DNA of 64,000 bases, from NCBI RefSeq assembly GCF_964194025.1, contig NC_134468.1:68386001-68450000 (forward strand), given 5' to 3'. Shown here in pieces: positions 49,329 through 61,400 of this stretch. Under the pieces are notes generated by a model. The model saw only the letters and a list, made by a program, of their open reading frames with translations, did no database searches and was not told the origin of the DNA. Positions within the stretch are counted from its first letter, which is position 1. Every line of letters starts with the position of its first letter. Position numbers and translations under genes: made by a program. Origin of the DNA: Convolutriloba macropyga (taxonomy: Eukaryota).

Positions 49329-50208
49329 TAATTGCTCTCAAACGAAGTTTGTAGCAATTATATTAGTCCTGTCGGTCTTTTTTTTCAATGCAATTTTTCG
49401 CTTGACCGAATTTTTGTCTGACGCTTTTGACTTTTCGTCCTCAACATCGGGATAAACAGGTAGCGCCCAGCGGGCATTAAGTGCTCTTAAAGCCTTTCAG
49501 CTCTGTTTCAGCTCAAACTGTTTTGGAGACCTATACTTATGGTGTGAAGGGCGGTTCTTAGAGGTCGAAGACACCCCAACTGTTGACCCCCCCCCACTAT
49601 TGCCCCTGCCCCCCCCACTGCGATGTTGTCCCCCCCACTGTTGGCCTCACCACCCCCCTCCCCATCAGCCGACCCCCCCCCCCCCCCCCCCCCGTTGCTA
49701 CGCTCGAACAACCGATCGCTAAAAACACGCAATTTTATACTAATTTTCACAATTTTTTTCAAGCTTTTTGAAAATTTTTGCCATTTTTTGAGTTTTTCAG
49801 CCCTAAGTGTCAAAGAATCTCCTCTAGGGTTTTATAGTAGGTTGCTGCATAGTTACTAGTGGTAGTGGAATGGTTTCAGCATTTTAACATCGCGAATTTT
49901 AGCATTTTTTTTTTACAAATTTTGCATTTTCTTTCAATTTTGACATTGTCATTATTAAGGTTTTTCAGCCTAACAGAAAATCTCCGTTAGGTTTTGATAA
50001 TAAGTTACATTTTCACGGCGAAATCTGGAAGCTTTTTTAAATTTTTAAAATATCAGTTTTTATTTATTTACTAACAAGGCTAGAAAACTAAAAGTTGCAT
50101 AGTCGAATCAAGCTAAAGCTAGCCTCACTATACCGTGGCTTGCTACTGACGAAGTCAACCGCTCGCTGATCGTTTGAGAGCAATTCGCCCGACGTTAGTC
50201 GGTTATGT
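49329..50208 (+). mobile_element. Helentron-type non-autonomous element, family C (shorter copies ~59289-59657, ~62104-62517, ~63364-63777)
   Basis: 16-bp IR AATTGCTCTCAAACGA / TCGTTTGAGAGCAATT, then hairpin CCGACGTTAGTCGG and TTATGTTT; internal C-runs. Confidence 0.55.
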
Positions 50209-50983
50209 TTTTATATCTGCAAAGCTTTAAACGGAACGGTAGCTATAATGTGGTGATCTTGGTTTTTCGTTCCGTCTGCATAATTTTTAAAAGCAATTTT
50301 TCACCCCGGAAGTGTGCTTCGGTCATTTGAGTAACTGAACTGCGTGATCAGTTTTCTAAAATCAAAAATGACACCTTACTTGCTGACTTTCTACCTTTTT
50401 TGCTGACTTTCAGCACTTTAAGGTGACGTGAGTCTACTATAAACATTTTCTATAAGGTTACTATACAGACGATTCCTATGTAAAAAGGCTATTACTAATG
50501 AAGCATCGCGACTGAAATGTAATAAGCACTATATTTATGCAACAAAATTATGTATTTTAAGGAAGATTTTGATTTTTTAGAATAATTTTAGCGACTCCAT
50601 AAACTCAATTGTGTATCTTGTGTCGAATCCTGAGCCTCTAAAAGACTGTTTTGCAGCTGTTCCTACTTTGTAAATCTATCGAGTATGTTTTCAGTTCGTC
50701 TTCTTTTCCAATTTTAGGTTCGACCATTTAAGTTCGGCCATTGAGCTTCAAGAAGTTAAGGTGCAACATTTGCGTGAGTGAAATATTTTTTTGCTTTATC
50801 TATGTGCATAGAATAGGCCTGTGACTAATTTTTATATTGAAGCTCTTTTTAGTATTTAAATGGTGCCTAAACCTATAATAATAAACCTATAATAATTTTT
50901 TAGAATATGTAACCTACCTGACTAAATAAAATTGCCTTCTGCACTCACTTTTAAAATCTAAATTAAGAATTTAAATACTAATT

Positions 50984-51912
50984 AATAGCCGCCCTCATCT
51001 TCTCAGCCGGCTATTATTGCGCTCGTATTTTTTTTTTACAATTCAAAGAATTTGAATTGTATTGGGGCGCTATCTTTAAGATCTGTTCACACATTTTCAT
51101 GATTTTTGAAGTCAAATTGGAGTGGTGATTTTGGTCACGCCGAAACAGGAAATGGAGCGAAAAAGCGAGTGGTTTTGCGGCGTGAAATTTTTTCGCTCGA
51201 AATTTAAAGTAGAGTGAGAAAATGATGTTTGAACAAAAATTCGCTTTCTCGCTAGTGGTTTTTTGTTCACATGCGGCAATTTCACTTTGGTTTTTACTCT
51301 TTTTTCGATTTTTTGGATCAGATTTTTTTCTAAATGGTTTTTCCAATCCATTCATAGTCCGTTTTAGGTCTAGTTTTTTTAGTCAATGAAAATTCTTTGA
51401 ATTGTACGTCAGGACTTGTCCTGCTATGTTTTTTTACTTCGTCAAACTTTTTTTCGCTTTACCATTTTGCCGCTTTTTCGACATTTTGCGTGAAATCATT
51501 TTGACTTCTCTAGGCTAGTTTCTCTCTTCTCTCATTCTGCTAAAAGTGAATTTGAACATCAGTTGCTAAGCAAAGCAATTCAAAATGAACAGAGTCGGTA
51601 TAAAAAATTGAAGTCAGAAATAGAAACGGGATAAACCCATAAAGCCCAATTTTAGATGCCCGCTATTTCAACGTCGTTCCTATAAGTCTTAGTTACCACC
51701 TCTAATGCTTATTGGTGTTGATAGTAGCCCCTGTAGCCTCTCTCTAAGAAACAGAAGTATGTTCAACTACGAAATGCCATCAAAATAAATCGGACTTAAA
51801 AAATATTTTTGTACAAAAATCTTTTTTTTTTTCAATATATTCTATTCGTTCAATCCCAATCATGCTTATTGGAATCAACGGCGGCTATTTTCCGGCAATC
51901 TGCCGGGTATGT
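50984..51912 (+). mobile_element. Helentron-type non-autonomous element, family A (related copies ~44342-45230, from ~52440, ~54221-54790 and ~55205-57352)
   Basis: Same termini as 47838-48380. The internal block TTTTGGTCACGCCGAAACAGGA is shared with ~44455 and ~54370. Confidence 0.55.
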
Positions 51913-52829
51913 TTGTTATTCGAAGCAGTCATGCCAGCTAATAATTATAAGGTTATATTACTTGAAAGTCGGAAGTGTTTGCAATAAGTCGCTGAGGTGT
52001 TTTCTTAGAGCTTATTATGAGTTCTCACATCATAATGTGAGGGGTTGTTTCTCACAGTTTAGATCCCTTACTCTACCCGCTTCATAGCACGCCCCACTCC
52101 ACCCCTACACCTCTTTCCAACCCTAACCATGCACACCGCTTGTTACTGACGGCCAACCGCGCGGCAGTCGTTTGAGAGCGTTCAATCTTGTTCGTCTTAT
52201 GTTACTGCTTGTTGTATTTACTGCTTCTGTAACTGGCTCAAAGCAAAGTCTGTAACAATTATTTGAGTCCGGTTGTTTTGATCGTTGTGTCTGACCGATT
52301 TGAGTTCTTGACTTTGTTGCAGGTCCGGAGAAATGGGCATTATGTCGCTTGTGAATTGCTTAGAGCTTCTTAGGCGAATCGGATTTTTAACTGTACAGCT
52401 CACGTAAATGTTGAGGTCGTGCATAGTTTCTGTTTTTTATAGCCGCCGTCAGCCTCTCAATGGCTATTATTTAGGCGCTCTCCTTTTTACAATTCAAAGA
52501 ATTTGAATTGTAATGGGGCGCTGTCTTTTTTTTTGTACGAGTATTGGTTTTCTTAAGGTTTTTACGACTCGAAGAGGAGTATTGAGATTCTACAGGTTTT
52601 TTAACAGAAAGCAAGTCTGTTCATGACTTGAATTCTGACTTCTTTCTGTTCGAGCATTTACCTCCGTTTTTGATTGTTGACTTCTGTTTTCGAATATTGG
52701 ACTTTAGCGGTAGCTTCGTTTGTAATGTAGAGTAATTAGGAACTGCTGGTAATGTTCAAGGTGAAGAGGTCATTTTGAGATTTTTTGTTCCTATATAAGT
52801 CACCCCTAATTATCTAAACTACACCGTAC

Positions 52830-53145
52830 AACCCCCCACCACCTATCTACGCCCCACCGCCCCCGCACCCCCCAACTTACCCCCACCTACCCCTACCCCT
52901 CCCTTCACCTAGCTACCCCCAACTACCCCAACATTACCCATTTCCCCAACCTATCTACCCACCCACCCATCTACCTATCCCCCCTCCCCACCACCTACCT
53001 ACCCCCGCCCCAACTTTTCCCCCACACCTACCCCTACTCCCCCCCCCCCCACACCTACCCCCCCCCCCCCCCCCGCCACTACCCCAGCACTACCCACCTC
53101 CTCAACCTATCTACCCAGCCACCCCACCTAGCTCCCCCCGCACCT
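52830..53145. repeat. C-rich low-complexity tract (CCCCACCTA-like units)
   Basis: About 300 bp of C-runs interspersed with ACCTA; a shorter version lies at ~43415-43500. Confidence 0.9.
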
Positions 53146-56100
53146 AAAAATTGTCGGCATGTTCAATAATGTGGTTTGTTGGGCTACTTTTGTTTTTTTC
53201 TCTTCTCTTTATGTTCTGATTTCGGTAAGGTTAGGTTAGAGATTATAATGCACGACGATTCGAATCGTTTCAGGTATTCTAACCGGCTATGTACTATTCG
53301 CTCAGGCGGCGTTTTGACCTAATAGTGAAAGTCAGTAAAATTGTCTTGTGAACTAACTTTTCCCGAGCGAGAGAAGTTTTCGTTTATGCGCTTCGTTCAG
53401 TGAATAACCTTTTGACTTTGAAAAGAGTTTTTGAGAGATTAGCTTATATAGATAAGTTTTTGGACGTGTTTTCGTCCATTTGGCCCATTTTTTTTTACTG
53501 TAACCTGGTATTTTGTGGAGGTAAATTTTGATCGATGCAGTATGAATATGCAACCATCTGAAATTGATACCACAATGTTTCTAGAGAGCTTTTAATGTGT
53601 TTAAATTGCAATATTGGCCCGTATTTCTTAATTTTTTTTTGTCAATTTTTGGCTTTCATTAATTTCTTCGTTTTTTGGTTCTTTGAGCGCTGTTTTTTAA
53701 AATCCAATTAGAAAAAATGTAAAAAGGTCTTTTTGTTAGTTCCTGAATTGAATGCTACTTTTTGACGTGAGGTGTTTATGTTTTATAAAATTGTACACAT
53801 GCTAGTCCGTTTTTTTGCGGTTTTTTTCAAAGTTTTCTAAGTTTGTTGTTTTAACTTTGAGTTTATTTACCATAGAAAGTTCTTTAGTGCACCATCGGTG
53901 ATTTTGGATTCATTTTGTTGCTAATTGAATTGTTTTTGGCGACAACTCTTTATAATTCAGTGACTATTTTTACAATATTTCAAACATTTTTATTTCAATT
54001 TATTTTATTTTTCGGAGTTGAGCTGTTTATTGAGATAGGAAGATGGCTGATTAATGTTCTCAAACCTTGATCTCTCCCCCTTGTACTCCCCCAGCCCTGT
54101 CACACTCACCCCACGCGCCTTCAAATAAGCTTAAGCTGGCTTCCCTAAAACTTAACTAGCTACTGACGAAGGCAACCGCTCGCTAGTCATTTGAGTTATT
54201 CACCCTAGTCAGTTTTGTTTAATAGCCGCCTCAGCTTCTCAGCCAATTGTTATAGCGCTCCTGTTTTTTACACTTCGATTAATTTGATTTTTATTGGGGC
54301 GCTGTCTTTTTTATTTAAGATCTGTTCACACATTTTCATGATTTATGAAGTCAAATTGGAGTAGTCATTTTGGTCACGCCGAAACAGGACTTTGAGCGAA
54401 AAAGTGGTTTTGCGGCGTACATTTTTTTCACTCCAATTTTAAAGTAGTGAGAAAACGGTGTTTGAAAAAGATTTTGGTTTCTCGCAAGTAAATTTTTGTT
54501 CACATACAGCAATTTTACTTTGGTTTTTAATGTTTTTTGATCGGATTTTTCTCTGAGTGGTTTTCCAAGTCCATTCATAGTTCATTCTAAGCCTAGTTTT
54601 TTGTTTGAACCAAATTTCGTTTTCGTTAGTGGTTTTTTTGTTCACATGCGGTTTTCTGTTTGTTTTTTCATCTGATTTTTTTTAAAAAAAATTTTTTGGA
54701 TTTCACTCATAGACCGTTCTATGTCTAGTCTTTTGTTTAGTCGATCAAAATTCCTTGAATTTTACGTAAGGTCTTGTCCTGCAATGTTTTTTTAATTAGC
54801 TTTACCTCTTGATCACGTTTTATGTTTTACATAAGTCCCAATTTTCAGGTTTGAGTTCTGAATTAATTCACTCACTGTTTCAACTGATTTGTTTTTAAAT
54901 CCATTCACTCAATTAATTACGCAAGATAGTGATTACAATCAGGGTGCAAAGAGCAAAATCAAAGTCAAAAGATCAAAATCAAAAGAGGTGGGATAAACCA
55001 CTGAAGCCCTGTCATTAAGTCATTGAGGAATATGTTATCAAAGTTCATTAGAGTGTTTGCTAGCTGACATTGGTATTGAGTTTATTAGCTTTCAGTTTAG
55101 AGGCTGAATTAATTAGTTTTAGAGTCCCACTGAAAATGCACGCCAAATTAGAACATTTTACACTGAAAAGAGCAGAAAAGAATTCGGCCAATTTATCTTT
55201 TTTTCAATAGCCGCGAAGCGATAGCTGAGGCTAATATTGGCCTCATCTTGGTTTTTACGACTCGAAGATGAATATTGTTTTTTAACCGGAAGTACTATTC
55301 GCTCAGACGGTGTTTTGAGCTAAAAGCGAAAATTGTCATTTGTTTTTTTTTCTGTGCGAGAGAAGTTTTTTTATGTGCTTTGATCAGCGAATGACTTTTC
55401 GAAAGTGTTTTTTTGACAGAATTCCGCATATTGATAACCATTTTGCCGTTTTTTCTTTCAATTAGCTCAGTTTTTCCGCATATAATTAAGTTTTTTTGTA
55501 GAAATAATTTTAGCAGGAGCTGTACTAGTATGTCAAACTCTGAAATTGATACCATAGCGTTTTTGAGATTCTAATAATGCGTTTTAAGTTCTAAATGAGA
55601 ACATATTTCCAATTTTTTAATTCATTATTGGATTTTTAAAAAAAATATTGCGTTTTTGGAGCTTAAGGCGGATTTTTTTGTCTGATTTTTCAAAAATCAG
55701 TGTATATGGCGATTTACTTTTGATAATTCATGAATAGAATGCCTTTGTTATGTGAGGTACTTTTGTTTTTTTGGATATGTACAAATGCTTGCCCGATTTT
55801 GGATTGATTCTTTTTGCACTGTCAGGGATCCTGATTTTGTAATAGTTGAATGATTTTGTGGCGTTCTGTATTTGAAATTCCGCAAAATTTTCCTAAATGC
55901 AATTTTGAAAAAAAATTAACAATTTTATTGCCAAGTATTTTGTTTCCACTCTTTGAACTATGTTTCTACAGTTTAATCTATACGGGAGGATAGCTATATA
56001 ATTTTTTGAATTAAGGAGCTGTAATTGTTTTTCTATTTCCTTTTCAATTAGATTTTTTTATCTCAAAAATCAGGAAGTAGTCTTTTTGTTTTATGTGTTT

Positions 56101-58437
56101 TTTGTGTCCTTATTCTCTTCATTCTAGCATGTATCAGTTTCTCATTTTAATGAGACTTGTAGTTGTAATCAGCTTTTCTTTTATGAGTCGTTGAAAATAT
56201 TGATTTCAGCCTTTTTCTTAGATTTCCGTTTTGTTTGCAATTGATTTCATTTGACTGGCACTGAGAATTTACTTTAAATGCCGTTTAAACATAGACTGAA
56301 AATAGCCTTCTAGGAATACTATTGTGGTATTAGTTTTGATTTTGAAAGATTTTCTTCACTCGAATTTTATTCTGTTTCTGTCTTTTTGTTGATTAATATA
56401 AAGGTTTTTTCTTCTATTCTGCTGATTTTATCATTGGCAATTTTTTGGTCTTTTTAACGTTTTGAATTTATTGGTATTTGATTTAAAGCCTCATTCCTGT
56501 TGTCTCTTTCTATGCAATATGAGAAAAAATTGAGAATTTTTACACATTTCTCTCAATTTTTTCTTGAAAAATATGTTCGTGAGCTCATTAAAATTTTGGG
56601 TGGTATTTTGTGGTTTGGTTAATTGCTTTCATTGCATGAAACAACGGTTTTCATTTGTATGAGTATCTGTACTACATGGAAAATTGATTGAATTTTCCTA
56701 ATTTTTCTCGTTAGTTTTTGCTTGCAAGTTTTCCTTTTTTATTTGACTTAAGACTGTCCTTTTCTCTGCATTGAAGCGGTCTGCAAAGAGATATTTGCTA
56801 TTTGAAAAGCCAGTTCTTTCGGAGAATATGACTTCGAGTCATTTCAGGAATTCTTCCGGCTATGTTTTTTTTCGTCAAAATTTTTGTTACGACCATATGA
56901 CTTCACAGTCACAGCAAATCTGCATTTTGTCAATTCGTGCATGCAATTTTAACTGAAATGAGTTTTTTTGTTCATTCACGTGAAAAAGTTTTTGGTCGCA
57001 CGTGACTTACCTCACTATCAAAAATGACTTCCTCTCTCTGAAATTGATTTTTTTGCCTTAATTCAAAGAGATGAGGTCAATTGAGCGCTTGTCACTCTAA
57101 TTGAAGGTTATATAAGAGCAGCTAATAGTTATACAGATTTTTAATCAGAATTTAACATCTCAGCCCTTAATGAAAAGAGTAACTTTCTTTTTTGGTCTGT
57201 CTTTTTTAATTTCTTTTTGAGACTACAGATCTATAAAGCTATTGTGGCTATTTTCTCGCAATCTTCCAGCTATGTTTTTTCATTTTCTGTTCCAATCCCG
57301 ATGTGCATCAAGCGCGTCAACGGCGGCTATTTTCCGGTAATCTGTCGGCTATGTGAAAAGTCTAGACTCCCCGCCCGCCGATTCCACATCCGGCCTCCCC
57401 TCGTACGAAGTGAGGCTAGCTTCCTTAGCTTAACCTAACCACAATTAAATCTAGCCCCTCTTGGTTCTTTTTCTTACTAGTTTGTGTTTTTTGAACTTGA
57501 GAGACCGTTTGATCGTAGCAAAATAAGAGCAAATCTAATAATTGTAGTTCTACAGCATCATTTTTTACTCTATTAGTCCGAAAAAGATTAAAGCTCTGCT
57601 ATCGAAGACGACAATGTTTATTGTAATTTGTTATTGGCCAGCTGAATAAGATCAGCTACCTTTTTAAGCAGTTCTCTTCGCTCTAGACGGAATGGCTTTT
57701 CTTTGATAGGCAGTTTCATGTAACTGGCTGCAAATTTTGCAAATTGTATGTTTGTATTTTATTTTTGATAGGCTTGAATAAAGCAGATGCATCAGTCTTT
57801 TGTCTCATTGAATAATATTTTTGCGAGCTTGTATTGTATCTTTTATGTTAGACGCGAGGTTGGAGTGCTGAACAATATCAATTACATGGTTCTTTGACTT
57901 TAAAAGGGCATTCAAATAACGGCCGTCATAACATGAACAAAGTGAAGCTCTATTTTTATTTTTCAAATGCTTCCATTTTTGTAGGCCACCTGCTTTTCTT
58001 ACTGCTGAGTCCGTCGAAAAGTTAAATATCTGTATAAAGTATGTTGTGTAAGATTCAATTTTGAAGATTTTGAATTCAAACAGTTAACTTACGTTAAAGC
58101 GGAGTAATTACTTTTCTAAAAAATTTAATTTCTCAATAGGACGGAATTGCCGACCCGGAAAGAGATCGTAAAGAGGAGATTTTTGTCACGAGCAGAATTC
58201 CGATAAACGATCTGGGTGGTTGTTGGATCATGTGTAAAACAAGGGAGGGTCTTAAGTGCGAGAGTTATTTTCCGTAAAAGAATCTTGTTGTTCCAACATT
58301 TTAAAACTGGGGGAATATATATGCGAGGCTGGCTTTTTTCTGTCAAATTGCCACTTTTCGTTTATGCTTCGTAGAGAAAAAAGAAAGACACCATTTTGTA
58401 GCCCTTGAGATTTAGTTTTGATTTACATAAAGAAATA

Positions 58438-61400
58438 ATTATAAATTTGATAAAGGGAAACTCGAAGGGAAAAATTTCAAGGAAAAATTGAGAATTAACG
58501 AAAAAACTGATAAATATGAATTTAATTAGGTTGAATAGATTTTTCAGCATTTTTGTTTCAAGCCTAAAAATTAGCCATTTAAACTATATGACCAAAAATT
58601 TTTCCAAAATGAATCCCATTTTTTTCAAAATTATATCTAAGAAACCTTTCTATAATACTCTTTTTTTTTGCTGGTTAAGAACCATTGTATGGAATCGTTT
58701 TTCCTCTGCATCAAAATTTCTTTTTGGTAAAATGAAGACTTCAGGCAATTTAGAGCTTTCAAAATAACAAAAATCAACTTTGAAAATTTAGAACTGACAG
58801 CAGAAAATGGATTCTCTTCTGAGTTCTAGAGTTCTTTTTTTTAAAAAATTCTTATCATTTTATTGGAACTAGCCATTTGAGTATTTTCAAAACCTTGGAG
58901 ACGTAAAAAACTGGTTTCGTGTAATGAACATCAAATCAACCACATTTGCTTTGAAAAAAAGGAAAGCTTTTATTTGATTTTTCATAATGTCAGAGCACAT
59001 AGTTTGAACTTATCTCCTCTGGTATAAGGAGATACAGCTGAACATTGGGTTTAGAGAGTTTATGGGTTTCGAGCTGGAAAATTAAAAGATGTTTATTACT
59101 TTTTGAAAATGTGAATATTGTTTTTCATTTCTCTGTTTTTTAAGACTGCTCCTCGAACAGATATCTTCAAGTCCTAGGTCGGTTCTGTAATTAGGAAAAC
59201 GAAATTGTTTATTGATTGTGAAACTACTCATATGAAAAATGAAAATTTTTTTTGAAAGAAGATTTTTTTCAGTTAACATAAAAATTATTAATTGCTTCCG
59301 AATGAGAAGCAGTTGTAATTATGTGTCTGTTTTTATGCAAATTATCGCTGAACCGTTTTTTGCGCTTTTATTCTGGAATAGTATTTGACTTCTCAAGTGA
59401 TTTCTTCACATACTTCTTGACTTTTGAGTGATTTTAATTGCTCTAACTCCCAATTAAGTTTGTTTTTCAAAGAAAACCGAAGGTTAGAGAGATGATGACA
59501 TGCCGCTGATGGCCGAGTAGTTGTTGCCCCTGTCGAGACTTTTGTGTGTTAATTTTTGCACCCATGAAGAAAAATTTATCTGCGCTACAGTCCCTGAATT
59601 AATTTGCCTCGCCTGTAATTCGAGAGCAATTTTTCCGACGTTAGTCGGTATCTGTTTAAATTCTCCTAATTCTTTAAAAAACTAACACAAAAGAGCGAAA
59701 CGCATATTTCACGTATGACCAAGGTTCCCCAACGCTACTAAATAAGAGCCTTTAAAAATAGATTTCAATGTTCCTCTACATGTCAGACACAACTAGACGC
59801 AGAGTGCAAAGCCGCCTGAATTATTAAAATGGTAGCAAAACTCCTTAACTTAGAACAATTTGCAAAAGATTGAAAAAAAATATATTCAAAACAAAATTGT
59901 GTTTATTAAATCTAGCTGTTAACACATCTGCGAGATCTGCTAGCTGTTAACACATCTGCGAGAAGAAACGGTGGCTAACATTGAGAGAAGATCAGATTTC
60001 AAAAAAAACAGGAAAATTTACCTAATGTTTGCTGCCAATAGTGGCTTTAAATGTGTCCAAAAGCAAAACTGTTCTCAAATCGTGCTGGTATCTACAAATT
60101 TTTCAAAAACTAATTGTCCCATTGTGCTCATGAAACATTTAAAATAACAAATTATTTCGAAAAACTTCAAAATTTCACTTCTGGTTTTACTAGAAATTTT
60201 CGATTACAGATAGAAGTGCTTCATGAAGTCCACGTCTGATTTTCCAGAAAAACGCAATCAAGAAATGTATGACGGCGAGGAACCTTGAGCAAAGATCAGA
60301 TGCCAAAAAGAAAAAATGAGAGAGAAAGCGAAACTTAGTCGGAGATAATTAGTTCCTTTAAAGATTGGACATAAGTAGAGACAGAGTGCAAAAATAAGAA
60401 ATCATGAGAAAAATAGAAAAATTATATATTATTTGCTATAAATTGGGTTAAAAAATTAGTACAAAACCAAAACTGAGTTTTTCAGGTGTCGTTGATGACA
60501 CACTTACGAGATTTAAAAAATAATTGTACTATTTTGCTCATGAAAAATCGAAATTCACACCAAATTTCAAAAAGTTAGATTTCAAAATAGTGTGAAAATT
60601 TCAGTTACCGATACCATTGCCTTGTAAAGTTGACTTCTGTTTTTAAATGAACAGTCACCAACCTTGAGTATTGACCAGTTTCTAAAAACAATTTTAAAAA
60701 TGTTTTTTTTTGGTGTTGGGCTTTGTATTTGTTGATAGATGTCTTTTTGTGTTATTTATTTTTTGTGTTTGATTTTTCTGTGTCCTTGTGGTTCAAATTG
60801 TCATTTTTGTCTGCAGAAAAAAGGCGGTATTTTTATTGGTTCAAACAGAACAAGTAATTTTCTCCAATGCATTTATGTTCCTTTTGGATAATCCCAACGG
60901 TGCCTGACAGAATTTAAAAGTTTTGTTTATAACACTGAGAGGTATGTTGGAACAAGCTGTGCTACGCACACTCGCACGAGCCCTTTTCTTTACAGTTGAT
61001 ATGTCTCCCATAACATTTTTTTTTCTTATTCCTCTTTTTCTCAGTGTTGTATTCACTGCTATTTGTTATCAATGCGTAGGCCACCTGTTGCTTTTCTGAT
61101 GCGTGGAGTCAATTTTGTTGTTTTTGTACGATTTTCGATTTGCAAGACAATAAATACCATGTTATAATTGTAAAATGGTTGAGAACAATAACGGAAGCTT
61201 TAGTACTCCCAATACTGGTCCAGTTTCTTATTCTGATGTGCGCATTTGACAATTCCAAAAATGAATGATCATAAATTTGATAAAGGGGAACTCGAAGAGG
61301 AAAATTTCAAGGAAAAATGGAGTAGAATTAACGAAAAAAACGGATAAATCTGAATTTAATTAGGTTTAGATTTTACAGCTTTTTTTTCAAGCCTAAAAAT

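Noticed and set aside
49508-49859. Gly-rich and Pro-rich ORFs
   Set aside because: Translation artefacts of C-runs inside a repeat element.
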